From TPA_inf: Saccharomyces (lineage: Eukaryota), in contig BK006941.2 in NCBI GenBank assembly GCA_000146045.2, positions 960,001-1,024,000 of the forward strand: a stretch of 64,000 nt of DNA, given 5' to 3'. This document shows, one piece after another, positions 44,508 through 54,320 of the stretch. The notes under the pieces are model-generated. The model saw nothing but the letters and a program-made list of their open reading frames with translations, searched no databases and was not told the DNA's origin. A program made the translations under genes and the position numbers. The first letter of the stretch is position 1. Every line of letters begins with the position of its first letter.

Positions 44508-44529
44508 ATATATATATATATATATATAT
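44508..44529. repeat. (AT)11 dinucleotide microsatellite about 95 bp upstream of the GND2 ATG (probable TATA-like core promoter element)
   Basis: Counted directly: atatatatatatatatatatat. Confidence 0.85.
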
Positions 44530-44623
44530 GGAGACAACGTTTGAAGAATTCGTAGGTGCAGGTGAGCATATTGCCGGATAAGTGTAGTTACGCAACTACA
44601 ATTAAAAAAACACGAGGAACAGA

Positions 44624-46102
44624 ATGTCAAAGGCAGTAGGTGATTTAGGCTTAGTTGGTTTAGCCGTGATGGGTCAAAATTTGATCTTAAACGCAGCGGA
44701 TCACGGATTTACCGTGGTTGCTTATAATAGGACGCAATCAAAGGTAGATAGGTTTCTAGCTAATGAGGCAAAAGGAAAATCAATAATTGGTGCAACTTCA
44801 ATTGAGGACTTGGTTGCGAAACTAAAGAAACCTAGAAAGATTATGCTTTTAATCAAAGCCGGTGCTCCGGTCGACACTTTAATAAAGGAACTTGTACCAC
44901 ATCTTGATAAAGGCGACATTATTATCGACGGTGGTAACTCACATTTCCCGGACACTAACAGACGCTACGAAGAGCTAACAAAGCAAGGAATTCTTTTTGT
45001 GGGCTCTGGTGTCTCAGGCGGTGAAGATGGTGCACGTTTTGGTCCATCTTTAATGCCTGGTGGGTCAGCAGAAGCATGGCCGCACATCAAGAACATCTTT
45101 CAATCTATTGCCGCCAAATCAAACGGTGAGCCATGCTGCGAATGGGTGGGGCCTGCCGGTTCTGGTCACTATGTGAAGATGGTACACAACGGTATCGAGT
45201 ACGGTGATATGCAGTTGATTTGCGAGGCTTACGATATCATGAAACGAATTGGCCGGTTTACGGATAAAGAGATCAGTGAAGTATTTGACAAGTGGAACAC
45301 TGGAGTTTTGGATTCTTTCTTGATTGAAATCACGAGGGACATTTTAAAATTCGATGACGTCGACGGTAAGCCATTGGTGGAAAAAATTATGGATACTGCC
45401 GGTCAAAAGGGTACTGGTAAATGGACTGCAATCAACGCCTTGGATTTAGGAATGCCAGTCACTTTAATTGGGGAGGCTGTTTTCGCTCGTTGTTTGTCAG
45501 CCATAAAGGACGAACGTAAAAGAGCTTCGAAACTTCTGGCAGGACCAACAGTACCAAAGGATGCAATACATGATAGAGAACAATTTGTGTATGATTTGGA
45601 ACAAGCATTATACGCTTCAAAGATTATTTCATATGCTCAAGGTTTCATGCTGATCCGCGAAGCTGCCAGATCATACGGCTGGAAATTAAACAACCCAGCT
45701 ATTGCTCTAATGTGGAGAGGTGGCTGTATAATCAGATCTGTGTTCTTAGCTGAGATTACGAAGGCTTATAGGGACGATCCAGATTTGGAAAATTTATTAT
45801 TCAACGAGTTCTTCGCTTCTGCAGTTACTAAGGCCCAATCCGGTTGGAGAAGAACTATTGCCCTTGCTGCTACTTACGGTATTCCAACTCCAGCTTTCTC
45901 TACTGCTTTAGCGTTTTACGACGGCTATAGATCTGAGAGGCTACCAGCAAACTTGTTACAAGCGCAACGTGATTATTTTGGCGCTCATACATTTAGAATT
46001 TTACCTGAATGTGCTTCTGCCCATTTGCCAGTAGACAAGGATATTCATATCAATTGGACTGGGCACGGAGGTAATATATCTTCCTCAACCTACCAAGCTT
46101 AA
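44624..46102 (+). CDS. GND2: 6-phosphogluconate dehydrogenase (decarboxylating), 492 aa
   Basis: N-terminal NADP Rossmann motif (GLVGLAVMGQNLILNAA) and 6PGDH C-terminal domain. 492 aa. Position identifies it as GND2, the minor isoform. Confidence 0.96.
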   Translation: MSKAVGDLGLVGLAVMGQNLILNAADHGFTVVAYNRTQSKVDRFLANEAKGKSIIGATSIEDLVAKLKKPRKIMLLIKAGAPVDTLIKELVPHLDKGDIIIDGGNSHFPDTNRRYEELTKQGILFVGSGVSGGEDGARFGPSLMPGGSAEAWPHIKNIFQSIAAKSNGEPCCEWVGPAGSGHYVKMVHNGIEYGDMQLICEAYDIMKRIGRFTDKEISEVFDKWNTGVLDSFLIEITRDILKFDDVDGKPLVEKIMDTAGQKGTGKWTAINALDLGMPVTLIGEAVFARCLSAIKDERKRASKLLAGPTVPKDAIHDREQFVYDLEQALYASKIISYAQGFMLIREAARSYGWKLNNPAIALMWRGGCIIRSVFLAEITKAYRDDPDLENLLFNEFFASAVTKAQSGWRRTIALAATYGIPTPAFSTALAFYDGYRSERLPANLLQAQRDYFGAHTFRILPECASAHLPVDKDIHINWTGHGGNISSSTYQA

Positions 46103-46204
46103 GGAGTTAAAGGCAAAGTTTTCTTTTCTAGAGCCGTTCCCACAAATAATTATACGTATATGCTTCTTTTCGTTTACTATATATCTATATTTACAAGCCT
46201 TTAT

Positions 46205-47305
46205 TCACTGATGCAATTTGTTTCCAAATACTTTTTTGGAGATCTCATAACTAGATATCATGATGGCGCAACTTGGGCGTATCTTAATTACTCTGGCTGC
46301 CAGGCCCGTGTAGAGGGCCGCAAGACCTTCTGTACGCCATATAGTCTCTAAGAACTTGAACATGTTTCTAGACCTATTGCCGCCTTTCGGATCGCTATTG
46401 TTCATCATGGATATTTGCCATCTCGTCTTACCGACATCAAAAGGGTGTGTGCATATAGCAGCTATCATCCCACTTATGCAACCACTGGCAAAACTGTTTA
46501 TAAAATGGACCCAGTTTGCGTCCTTAGATGCAAATCGAGTAGAATCTAGCCATAGTCTTTCCTTGCAAAGTTCATAGGAACTCCAATATATTGCACTAAA
46601 CGGAACGTCTCTCCACAGAGTGATCTCCAAACCTTTGAAGAGGGCCCGAGAAGGACCCACCATTTTCATTTCCTGCCTCGTTTCGTTTAATAAATCTTTA
46701 ACCATCATCCATGTCTTTGTGGACTTTGATGATCTCGGTATACTTTGCAGTTTAGTTTTAACCAATTCTAAAGGTGCAATACTTGTTGCTGCAAATACCC
46801 TCGCAATTGCACCACAAAAGAGGGGGTTTAATGTTGGGTACGTCGAGGCTATAGGAGAAACGTCTCTTATATATTCATAACCACTAAAATAAACCATGTT
46901 GGCAGGAATAGCCATTAATAGGGTCAAAGAAATACCCCTCCACAAACTTGTAATACCTTCGACGCTGGCAATTTTCGTGAATGCTTCTAAAGTACCGTTG
47001 AACTTCAACGATGAATTTTTACAGTGCAGTTCTTGAAAACAAGCACTCTCCCAAAATATTTTTGCGTTGTTCAAGTTCTGTCCTCCGACGTTGGTGAATG
47101 TCTTCATTTTGGAGCCTGAGCTAACGGCGTTGGGCACTTCGGCAGCCCCATCACATGAACAGTCAGGAATCATCTGCTGCTGTTGCAGCCGTATTCTCAC
47201 TACATCCATCGGTGTCAAAATCAAAGAAGTGAGTACTGATCCAGCACCGGCACTTAACATTCGTTCTTTTAAGGTCAGGCTGTTACTTGTATTGCGATCA
47301 CTCAT
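46205..47305 (-). CDS. MTM1: Mitochondrial carrier family protein Mtm1, 366 aa
   Basis: Three mitochondrial-carrier repeats with the P-x-[DE]-x-x-[KR] signature (PMDVVRIRLQ, PLELVKTKLQ, PFDVGKTRWQ). 366 aa. Confidence 0.93.
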   Translation of the reverse strand: MSDRNTSNSLTLKERMLSAGAGSVLTSLILTPMDVVRIRLQQQQMIPDCSCDGAAEVPNAVSSGSKMKTFTNVGGQNLNNAKIFWESACFQELHCKNSSLKFNGTLEAFTKIASVEGITSLWRGISLTLLMAIPANMVYFSGYEYIRDVSPIASTYPTLNPLFCGAIARVFAATSIAPLELVKTKLQSIPRSSKSTKTWMMVKDLLNETRQEMKMVGPSRALFKGLEITLWRDVPFSAIYWSSYELCKERLWLDSTRFASKDANWVHFINSFASGCISGMIAAICTHPFDVGKTRWQISMMNNSDPKGGNRSRNMFKFLETIWRTEGLAALYTGLAARVIKIRPSCAIMISSYEISKKVFGNKLHQ

Positions 47306-47670
47306 ATCGTATTATCAACACCTCGTTTCCTTTCCTACGATACTTTATGGCTTTGGCTCATACGATTCCTGTGAAGTGAACTGGCACAAATATGAGGGTA
47401 GTGTGCCCCAATTCCAGAGGAGTGATCTTCCCGGAAATATGCAAAAATGACAGAATGTGTCTTATTCTCTAATTGCTATTCTGAGATCTTCAAGATGGCG
47501 AAAAATAACGTTGCGCGTGTTTGGGTGGGTGCCAAAAGTGTCATACCTCACCGACGCAAAGATACCAAAAGGACCGTATATATCTACTATTCCTGGATCG
47601 GTTGACTTTGTTAACATGCAGAAACAAAGGTAATGTTTATAAATAGTAAATCATACATAAGTATATGTTA

Positions 47671-50600
47671 TTACATCTTTCTTTTCTTTAGTTTACCTGT
47701 TGCGGTTGAAATTCTCTTACTTGTATTGAGCTTCTTATCACCAGATATGTACTCCCTTGGAAAAAATTCATTAATCCTTTTTTGCTTCCCCTTCTTTTTG
47801 CGTTTATTAACATCTCTAATTAAGGGAATGAGAATTTCATCAGACTTTTCGTGTGGCCAACCTAGTTGAGTCTTCATGAATGAACGAAGCATATCGAGAT
47901 CTGGTACCCCCCAAACAAACGGCGTGGTATCGTGATCGACTTCTGGTCTCATATACGCATCATAAACCATGACGCTAGGAAAATCATCATCTAAGATAAT
48001 TTCGTTATTTACCAGTTTTTTTCTCAGGTCTTTTTCAAATTTATTTTCCGTTTCTTGCTTACGTTTATCAAACTGCCCATTATTATACCAGTCTTTAAAA
48101 TTTTTTAGGTTTCCAAATTCTGCAATCACTTCAATGCTTGAAACGGGACCCATACCCTTCAATCCATTCGTGTAATCGCTCCCTAAAAGCTGTGCCAACT
48201 CAATCATATTCTTTCTATCCAAGCCCAATAATTTTAAAATAGATTCCGCATCATAAAATTCAACATAGTTCTTTTCGTGGAACATATTTTTGTAGATCTT
48301 TGTACCTCCAAATAGGAAAACATCACTGTCATCGGTAATTATACCATCGACAAGGTTTAGTTGTAACAATTCCGCACACTGTGCTTCAGCTTCCATAGGC
48401 GCAGTGATATAGGGGATTCCAAACCTCGATAGTAATTCTTGCACTTCTTTGATCATATCCATAGTTACCTCATCCGAATCTCTTTTATCCTTCATCTGTT
48501 GTTCGAATAATTCATCCTCCACAAAAGCGTTCTCGGCAACGTTTCTTTCAGCAGAAGTGGACAAAGTCGTGTTTTTAAATGTATCAAACTCTTCTTGTTC
48601 CTTTATCATATTTTCTACTATGTTATCTTCTTCATCTTCGGAGAAGTCATAGTCGAATATAAGAGGCTTTCTATGCTCCTTATTTATAGATTCGACTTTT
48701 CTACTATCGTTATCCTCTGCTTCTTTTGAAATCTGAGATTTAGTGGGAACGTCCTCAAATAGTTCTTCTGATAAAACTTCTAAGTCATCGTCCTTGTTTT
48801 CATCATTGGAGCTCTCTTTCTCGCTTTCTCTTTCTAATATTTCCGTAGCATTTAAGCCTGTCAAGAGTTCATAGCTACTCCCTTTATTGGTAGTTTCTGC
48901 TCCACTTTCTTGTTCATTTCTTACGTTTTTATCTTCCACGAAATTTGTTGTGTTATAGGGATTATACAACTGCTGGGAAGCAGTTGAAGAAAACCAGCTC
49001 GGCATTTCAGGAATTGGAGACTTTTCCTTCGTGGCTTCTTGGGACACATTACTCTCGGTATTCTTTTGAAAAAGCAGGGAATTTTCATTGTTAAAATCAA
49101 ACTGTGGTATCTTGTGAGAAATAAAATTCAGGTTTTGCTCCCCCTCTGTTAAAATAGCCCCTTTATCCTCCTGCTGAGACGGTGGCCTAAACTCAGAAAG
49201 AACTGTCTTGCTGGTCCTTTTGATGACCGACTCTGATTTGCTATTCAAATTTGTGACATGATACGGTTGCTTACTATCCGGTTGTGCGCCAAGTAATCCA
49301 TACTGTACTATTGGTGGACGAGCCTCTGTACCTTTTGACGTTACCGGCTTAGCGATTTTTGATTTGTCGTCCGCTTCAGGTTTCTTTTCCATCTTAGAAA
49401 GTTGCACTGCCTCCATCATTTCAATTTCCTCAATTTGTTTCAGGTAATCCTCATCGTCGTCTTCCACGCTGATTCTGCTAATTCTCATTGTTGGAGTAGT
49501 CTTGGAGGGCGATGCCTGATCATGTCTTTTGTCCAAAAACGATTTACTGCCAGCGTTGTTTAGGGATTGGCCCATGTAAGGCAACCTTGCAGCTTTCAAA
49601 GAAAAATCTTCCACAAACTTGACGTTCTTGGGCTTGAGTTCAACTTCTTCCCACTCACATTCATCAGAGTCACATCCCTCATCTTCTGACCGGTTACTCC
49701 TTTTCTGTGGAGCTGTCGTCGCGTTAGAAGACTCATGTCGCACTATTTTTAAGGAATTATCTTCCAAATCATCCCATCGGAGCACGTCCCCGTCCTCAGC
49801 ATTACTATCTAACTGCTTTACCAAAGCGCCTGCATCTTTATCGTCTATTACGATTGCTTTTTGCGCATCAGAGCCATCGTTTGCCCCTAGTCCAAGAATC
49901 CACCCGTTATTAGTCTTAGTCAACTTGTACTCTTTACTCTTTTGGCCGGATATCCTATTGATCACCTCCTCGTTCAGCTTAGACGCTCCACCATCCTGAA
50001 ACCCAGTAGTGTTGATTAACTTTTGAGTAAAAAAATTCCTCCTTTTCACCATGTCTATTTGAAATCTTGAGAAATCCATACTATTTGGGAAGATGGTCTC
50101 CAATTGTTCTTTCGAGTATCCCATCCTCAGTCTTGATTTCAACCTCAACGACGATAATATCAAATACTGTGTGGCCTTTGGCAGCTCTTCAAATTCGGCC
50201 GATGCTGGATTTATAGTGTCTAAATCAATGTCTTCCAGTCCATCACCGTTTATCGAATTCATCAGTTTTTCAAAAGTTTTATTAGAGTTAACTCTTGCAT
50301 CTTCCTTATCGTATTTGAATCCCGGTATATCGGGCAAGTCCCACTCGTCCTGAGGTTTGAAGATCTGCACACTACTGCCACTACTCGGTGTAGAGTTTTT
50401 TACGTTATCGTTTGAGCCGTTTTGCAATTGTAAAGCCAGCAGCTTCCTAGCGGTGGATTTCGCACTCTCTCGTTTTCCCTGTCTTCTTTCTTTCCTCTGC
50501 CGTATTGTTTCCCTTTTCAATACGGGCACACCACCATCAAAGACGAATACCGGCCTAATGCCAAAGTATAATAGCTTACAAATTCTTCTAAAGAACCCAG

Positions 50601-50766
50601 TAATATGAGAATTCTTCACTGCATTCCCCTCCTGATCACGGACAGCTTTCAAAAACTGATATATCCAAATGGAGGCATCTACTGCCATTCTCTTATCTTC
50701 CAAGGATTCCAGCCTGACCGGTCTTGCCGTAGGACCTGCAATATCCCAAAATGAATGCACACCCAT
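47671..50766 (-). CDS. RAD2: Nucleotide-excision-repair endonuclease Rad2 (XPG homolog), 1031 aa
   Basis: XPG N-domain at the N-terminus (MGVHSFWDIAGP…AVDASIWIYQF). XPG I-domain near the C-terminus (GIPYITAPMEAEAQCAEL). Long acidic spacer between them and a C-terminal basic tail. 1031 aa. Confidence 0.96.
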   Translation of the reverse strand: MGVHSFWDIAGPTARPVRLESLEDKRMAVDASIWIYQFLKAVRDQEGNAVKNSHITGFFRRICKLLYFGIRPVFVFDGGVPVLKRETIRQRKERRQGKRESAKSTARKLLALQLQNGSNDNVKNSTPSSGSSVQIFKPQDEWDLPDIPGFKYDKEDARVNSNKTFEKLMNSINGDGLEDIDLDTINPASAEFEELPKATQYLILSSLRLKSRLRMGYSKEQLETIFPNSMDFSRFQIDMVKRRNFFTQKLINTTGFQDGGASKLNEEVINRISGQKSKEYKLTKTNNGWILGLGANDGSDAQKAIVIDDKDAGALVKQLDSNAEDGDVLRWDDLEDNSLKIVRHESSNATTAPQKRSNRSEDEGCDSDECEWEEVELKPKNVKFVEDFSLKAARLPYMGQSLNNAGSKSFLDKRHDQASPSKTTPTMRISRISVEDDDEDYLKQIEEIEMMEAVQLSKMEKKPEADDKSKIAKPVTSKGTEARPPIVQYGLLGAQPDSKQPYHVTNLNSKSESVIKRTSKTVLSEFRPPSQQEDKGAILTEGEQNLNFISHKIPQFDFNNENSLLFQKNTESNVSQEATKEKSPIPEMPSWFSSTASQQLYNPYNTTNFVEDKNVRNEQESGAETTNKGSSYELLTGLNATEILERESEKESSNDENKDDDLEVLSEELFEDVPTKSQISKEAEDNDSRKVESINKEHRKPLIFDYDFSEDEEDNIVENMIKEQEEFDTFKNTTLSTSAERNVAENAFVEDELFEQQMKDKRDSDEVTMDMIKEVQELLSRFGIPYITAPMEAEAQCAELLQLNLVDGIITDDSDVFLFGGTKIYKNMFHEKNYVEFYDAESILKLLGLDRKNMIELAQLLGSDYTNGLKGMGPVSSIEVIAEFGNLKNFKDWYNNGQFDKRKQETENKFEKDLRKKLVNNEIILDDDFPSVMVYDAYMRPEVDHDTTPFVWGVPDLDMLRSFMKTQLGWPHEKSDEILIPLIRDVNKRKKKGKQKRINEFFPREYISGDKKLNTSKRISTATGKLKKRKM

Positions 50767-52484
50767 GTCTGAAGTTTGGCGTTCTCCCGAAAATGCTTTT
50801 CTTCATGGATGACGTGTAGAACCTTCAATGATTTACGTACAGTTTTTCAATCCCTTTAAGGTCTCTATATGTGGCGGCATCTTTTCTTTTTCTTTTCTTT
50901 TTTTTTTTTTCACTCTCCCTTTTAATGCCTCCACGGAGGTTCGAATGGGTTATACTAGAAAGAAAAAAAAATAGTGATAATTAACAATGAAAAAAAAAAA
51001 ACAGCAACAAAATGTGGTATTGGGGTCACACCACTCATTGACTCACATCCTCTGGAAACATCAAAAAGCTACCAAAAAAGAAAAAAAAAAAAATTCAAGT
51101 GCGAAGTTTCCGCATATGCAAACCTTACTTATTGTATAATATTGGTAACAGCAGCTACTAAGCTCCCTGACTCTGATTTCTCTCTCTGTCTCTTTTGAGG
51201 AGTACCTTCTGCGCTACTGTGTTCCAATGGTATCTGCGCCTTGAAAATCAATCACAAACGCTCTTGCTATGGCCTGCCTTGGACACGATACGTCGCTGCT
51301 TATGCCGCCAGGTGTCAGTAAATGCTCTGACGCACCCATTCACCCCGCGCACTAATTTGCAAAATTTGGGGGCAGTTTGGGAATACTCCATAGAAAAAAT
51401 CGACTTCAAATCAATTCCGCACAACGTCGCCGTGTTGGCTAAAGTGAACGGAAAATGGACGACATGGTAAAAGAACAGATATGTACATATACAGAAGCCG
51501 CGATTTCACATGCCGGCCATTATGGCACACAACCAGGTCTTGTACTGTCACTATGTGCGTTCCGGAACGCCTGTACAGTCCATGGTGAACCATTTATTTA
51601 TTTATTATTATTATTTTGTACATTATTATTTATGCTATATGTTATTATTATTATCACTATTTAATATTATTATTCGGGTCCAGGTGAAATAACAAAGTCT
51701 GGCGCCAGTCACTTGTCTGGGTGCCCGTATTCTCTGTTACAGCGGTATCCCTCTGGATTCTGCAATCGTCGCCGGCTTCTACTAATTTTTCCTTTCCTTT
51801 TTGTTTTTTTTTTTTTTTAGTTTTTTATTTTCTAGTTTCCTGCTCGTATTCTGTTGGTTTTTCCAGTGTCTCTCTCCTTTTACAAGTCACCCATTCTCTG
51901 CGAAGAAGCGGTCGCACCAACAAAATAGAAAATACCACCGGACGCCGGATCGCTTATTACTCGCAATCATAGTTACCAATCACAGCCGGGCATACTCGGG
52001 ATCTACCGTAGAATCCTATGCGTCACACATGAGGACAGGTTACGAACCGTCGAAGGCTTCGCGGCGTGTGTGATTAGTATTGTTTTGACCTCATCCATAC
52101 ACCCTGAAATATCTGTCGCATCTCCGATTACGTTAAAAATTCTGGATAATATATAAACCATGAGTTTTCCTTTCTTTGAAGTATGTTCCTACTCGAGATC
52201 CTTTTGTTATTTTATTGCCATTTTTTTTTTGTTTCATATGTACTTCTTATCTACTATTTATATTTCTCTATATTAACTAACTCTCCAAGCTATAAGCATA
52301 CGTCCATATTTACTGTCTTAGAAGTCGTATTCACATCACAGTTTTCCCCCTCTTCGCCTTTTTCAAACTATTTTCCCCCGTGAGACAGCGACTGAAAAAA
52401 AAACGACTGCGCAGAAGGCTTATATAAAAAAAAAAAGAAATATTTCTTCACTTTCGAGCATTGAACTATTGTCATTACCTCTAG

Positions 52485-54089
52485 ATGAGCAACAAATTTA
52501 CAATGGAGTCACCTAAGCATTTGGTGGATGATGTGCTTTTCATATCACCCACCAATGATGGATCAGAAGAAAAGCCTACGGAAGTCACGTTCCAGGAAGA
52601 TGAAGGCCATGACGCTAGCTTGCATAATCGCAGCCATGACAAGAAGTCGGAACTTGCCACCGAACGGGAAATTATGGCTACTACCACGGATGATGACGGC
52701 ATCCCCTCCCCTTCCCATCCAATGGAAAAGCGTGTCTTGCGCAAAATGGATATATACTTGATTCCTCTTATGGGGATGCTATATTTCCTTTCTAACCTGG
52801 ATAAATCGAATATTGGTAACGCAGAAGTTGCAGGTCTATCCAAGGATATCCACCTTGTAGGAACGCAATATAACACATGTGTCACAGTTTTTTTCGCGAC
52901 GTATGTTCTTTTCGACCCCATAGGTACTAACCTTCTGAAAATTATGGGTCCGCCATTAATGATGAGTATCTGTTTGACCTGTTTCGGTGCTATTTCGCTC
53001 GGAACTGCTTGGGTTAAGAATTATGCTCAATTGATCGTTGTCAGACTACTACTGGGTGCCTTTGAAGGTATGATTTATCCCGCTATTAACATGTACCTTT
53101 CAGTCTGCTATAGAAGAGAACAATATGCTCTGAGGTTCGCTTTTGTCTTCAGTGCAGCCTGTTTGTCTTCATCTTTTGGTGGGCTGATTGCTTATGGTTG
53201 TTCCAAAATCAGCGGTTCTCTAAAGGACTGGCAATACATTTACATTGTCGAAGGTTGTATCTCTTTGGGGTTCGTACCATTCTATGCCTTCGGGTTGAGC
53301 AAAAATTTGGAGGATTCGTGGTTTTTCAATAAGGAGGAAAAAGAGTACATTTCCGAAAGATACAAGACTATGAACACTTTTGACCCGGACGAAAAATTTG
53401 AATGGTTCCAAGTGTGGCAAGCAGTTAAGGATGTCAAGACTTGGGCTAGTGCTGTGGCATTATTCGGTATCGATTTGACTACTTTTGGTCTAACAGTCTT
53501 CTTGCCGATCATCATTACCAGTATGGGGTTCACTAATGTCAGAGCTCAATTAATGACCGTGCCCATCTATTTCCTTACAGCAATTGTGTTCTTCATTTGT
53601 GCCGTTTGGTCTGATCGTATAAAGTTGAGATCTCCATTCATCCTGGGTGCTTGTCTGACGACTTCGATAGGCATAGCTATCGTCCTTGGTTCTCAAGTTC
53701 ATGGTGTGAGATATTTTGGCGTTTACATTCTTTGTATGGGTATTTACGTTAATGCTGCCTGTAACTGTTTATGGTTAAGTGGTAACACTGGTAATTACTT
53801 CAAGAGAGCCACCGCTTTAGGAATTAATCTATTTTTCGGGTCTGGTTCAGGGTTGGTCTCTGGTCAAATTTTTGTTGCCAAAGACAAGCCAAGATATATC
53901 AAAGGGCTGTCGATTAGTCTGGCCTTTCAAGTCTTCTCCATATTTATGACGGTTGTGCAAATTTTCCTATACAAGAGGGAAAACGATAAAAAGAAAGCAA
54001 TAATAGATCGCTGTAATGAATTGGGAGAGCCTATTCCATACGACGAAAGGTTAAGCGACAAAAACCCTGAGTTTAAGTACATGTATTAG
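52485..54089 (+). CDS. TNA1: Major-facilitator-superfamily nicotinic acid permease Tna1 (Dal5/allantoate permease family), 534 aa
   Basis: 12-TM MFS architecture evident from alternating hydrophobic segments. 534 aa, matching the TNA1 length and position I recall. Confidence 0.92.
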   Translation: MSNKFTMESPKHLVDDVLFISPTNDGSEEKPTEVTFQEDEGHDASLHNRSHDKKSELATEREIMATTTDDDGIPSPSHPMEKRVLRKMDIYLIPLMGMLYFLSNLDKSNIGNAEVAGLSKDIHLVGTQYNTCVTVFFATYVLFDPIGTNLLKIMGPPLMMSICLTCFGAISLGTAWVKNYAQLIVVRLLLGAFEGMIYPAINMYLSVCYRREQYALRFAFVFSAACLSSSFGGLIAYGCSKISGSLKDWQYIYIVEGCISLGFVPFYAFGLSKNLEDSWFFNKEEKEYISERYKTMNTFDPDEKFEWFQVWQAVKDVKTWASAVALFGIDLTTFGLTVFLPIIITSMGFTNVRAQLMTVPIYFLTAIVFFICAVWSDRIKLRSPFILGACLTTSIGIAIVLGSQVHGVRYFGVYILCMGIYVNAACNCLWLSGNTGNYFKRATALGINLFFGSGSGLVSGQIFVAKDKPRYIKGLSISLAFQVFSIFMTVVQIFLYKRENDKKKAIIDRCNELGEPIPYDERLSDKNPEFKYMY

Positions 54090-54320
54090 GCTTGACTTTC
54101 TTCACCCTCCACTTTTTTTGCCCCTCGTTATGAGTGTGTTTGCAATTTGTAACTTTTCTTTTATATTTGTATGTATTTTTGTACTAAGCAAATTCACATG
54201 AAACTTTGTTTACCAACTTCTCTTTTGTTTTCGTCCCAAACACGTATATTACTGGGAAGATATACATGCCTATATCTATATCTATAAATATACATATTTA
54301 TATAGTATTATCTCCGAGTT

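Noticed and set aside
43963-44623. Searched both flanks of the tRNA-Thr gene for Ty1/Ty2 delta, Ty3 sigma or Ty4 tau LTR remnants
   Set aside because: No TGTTG…CAACA-type LTR termini or recognisable delta, sigma or tau sequence seen. I conclude there is no LTR here, with the caveat that divergent fragments are hard to spot without alignment.
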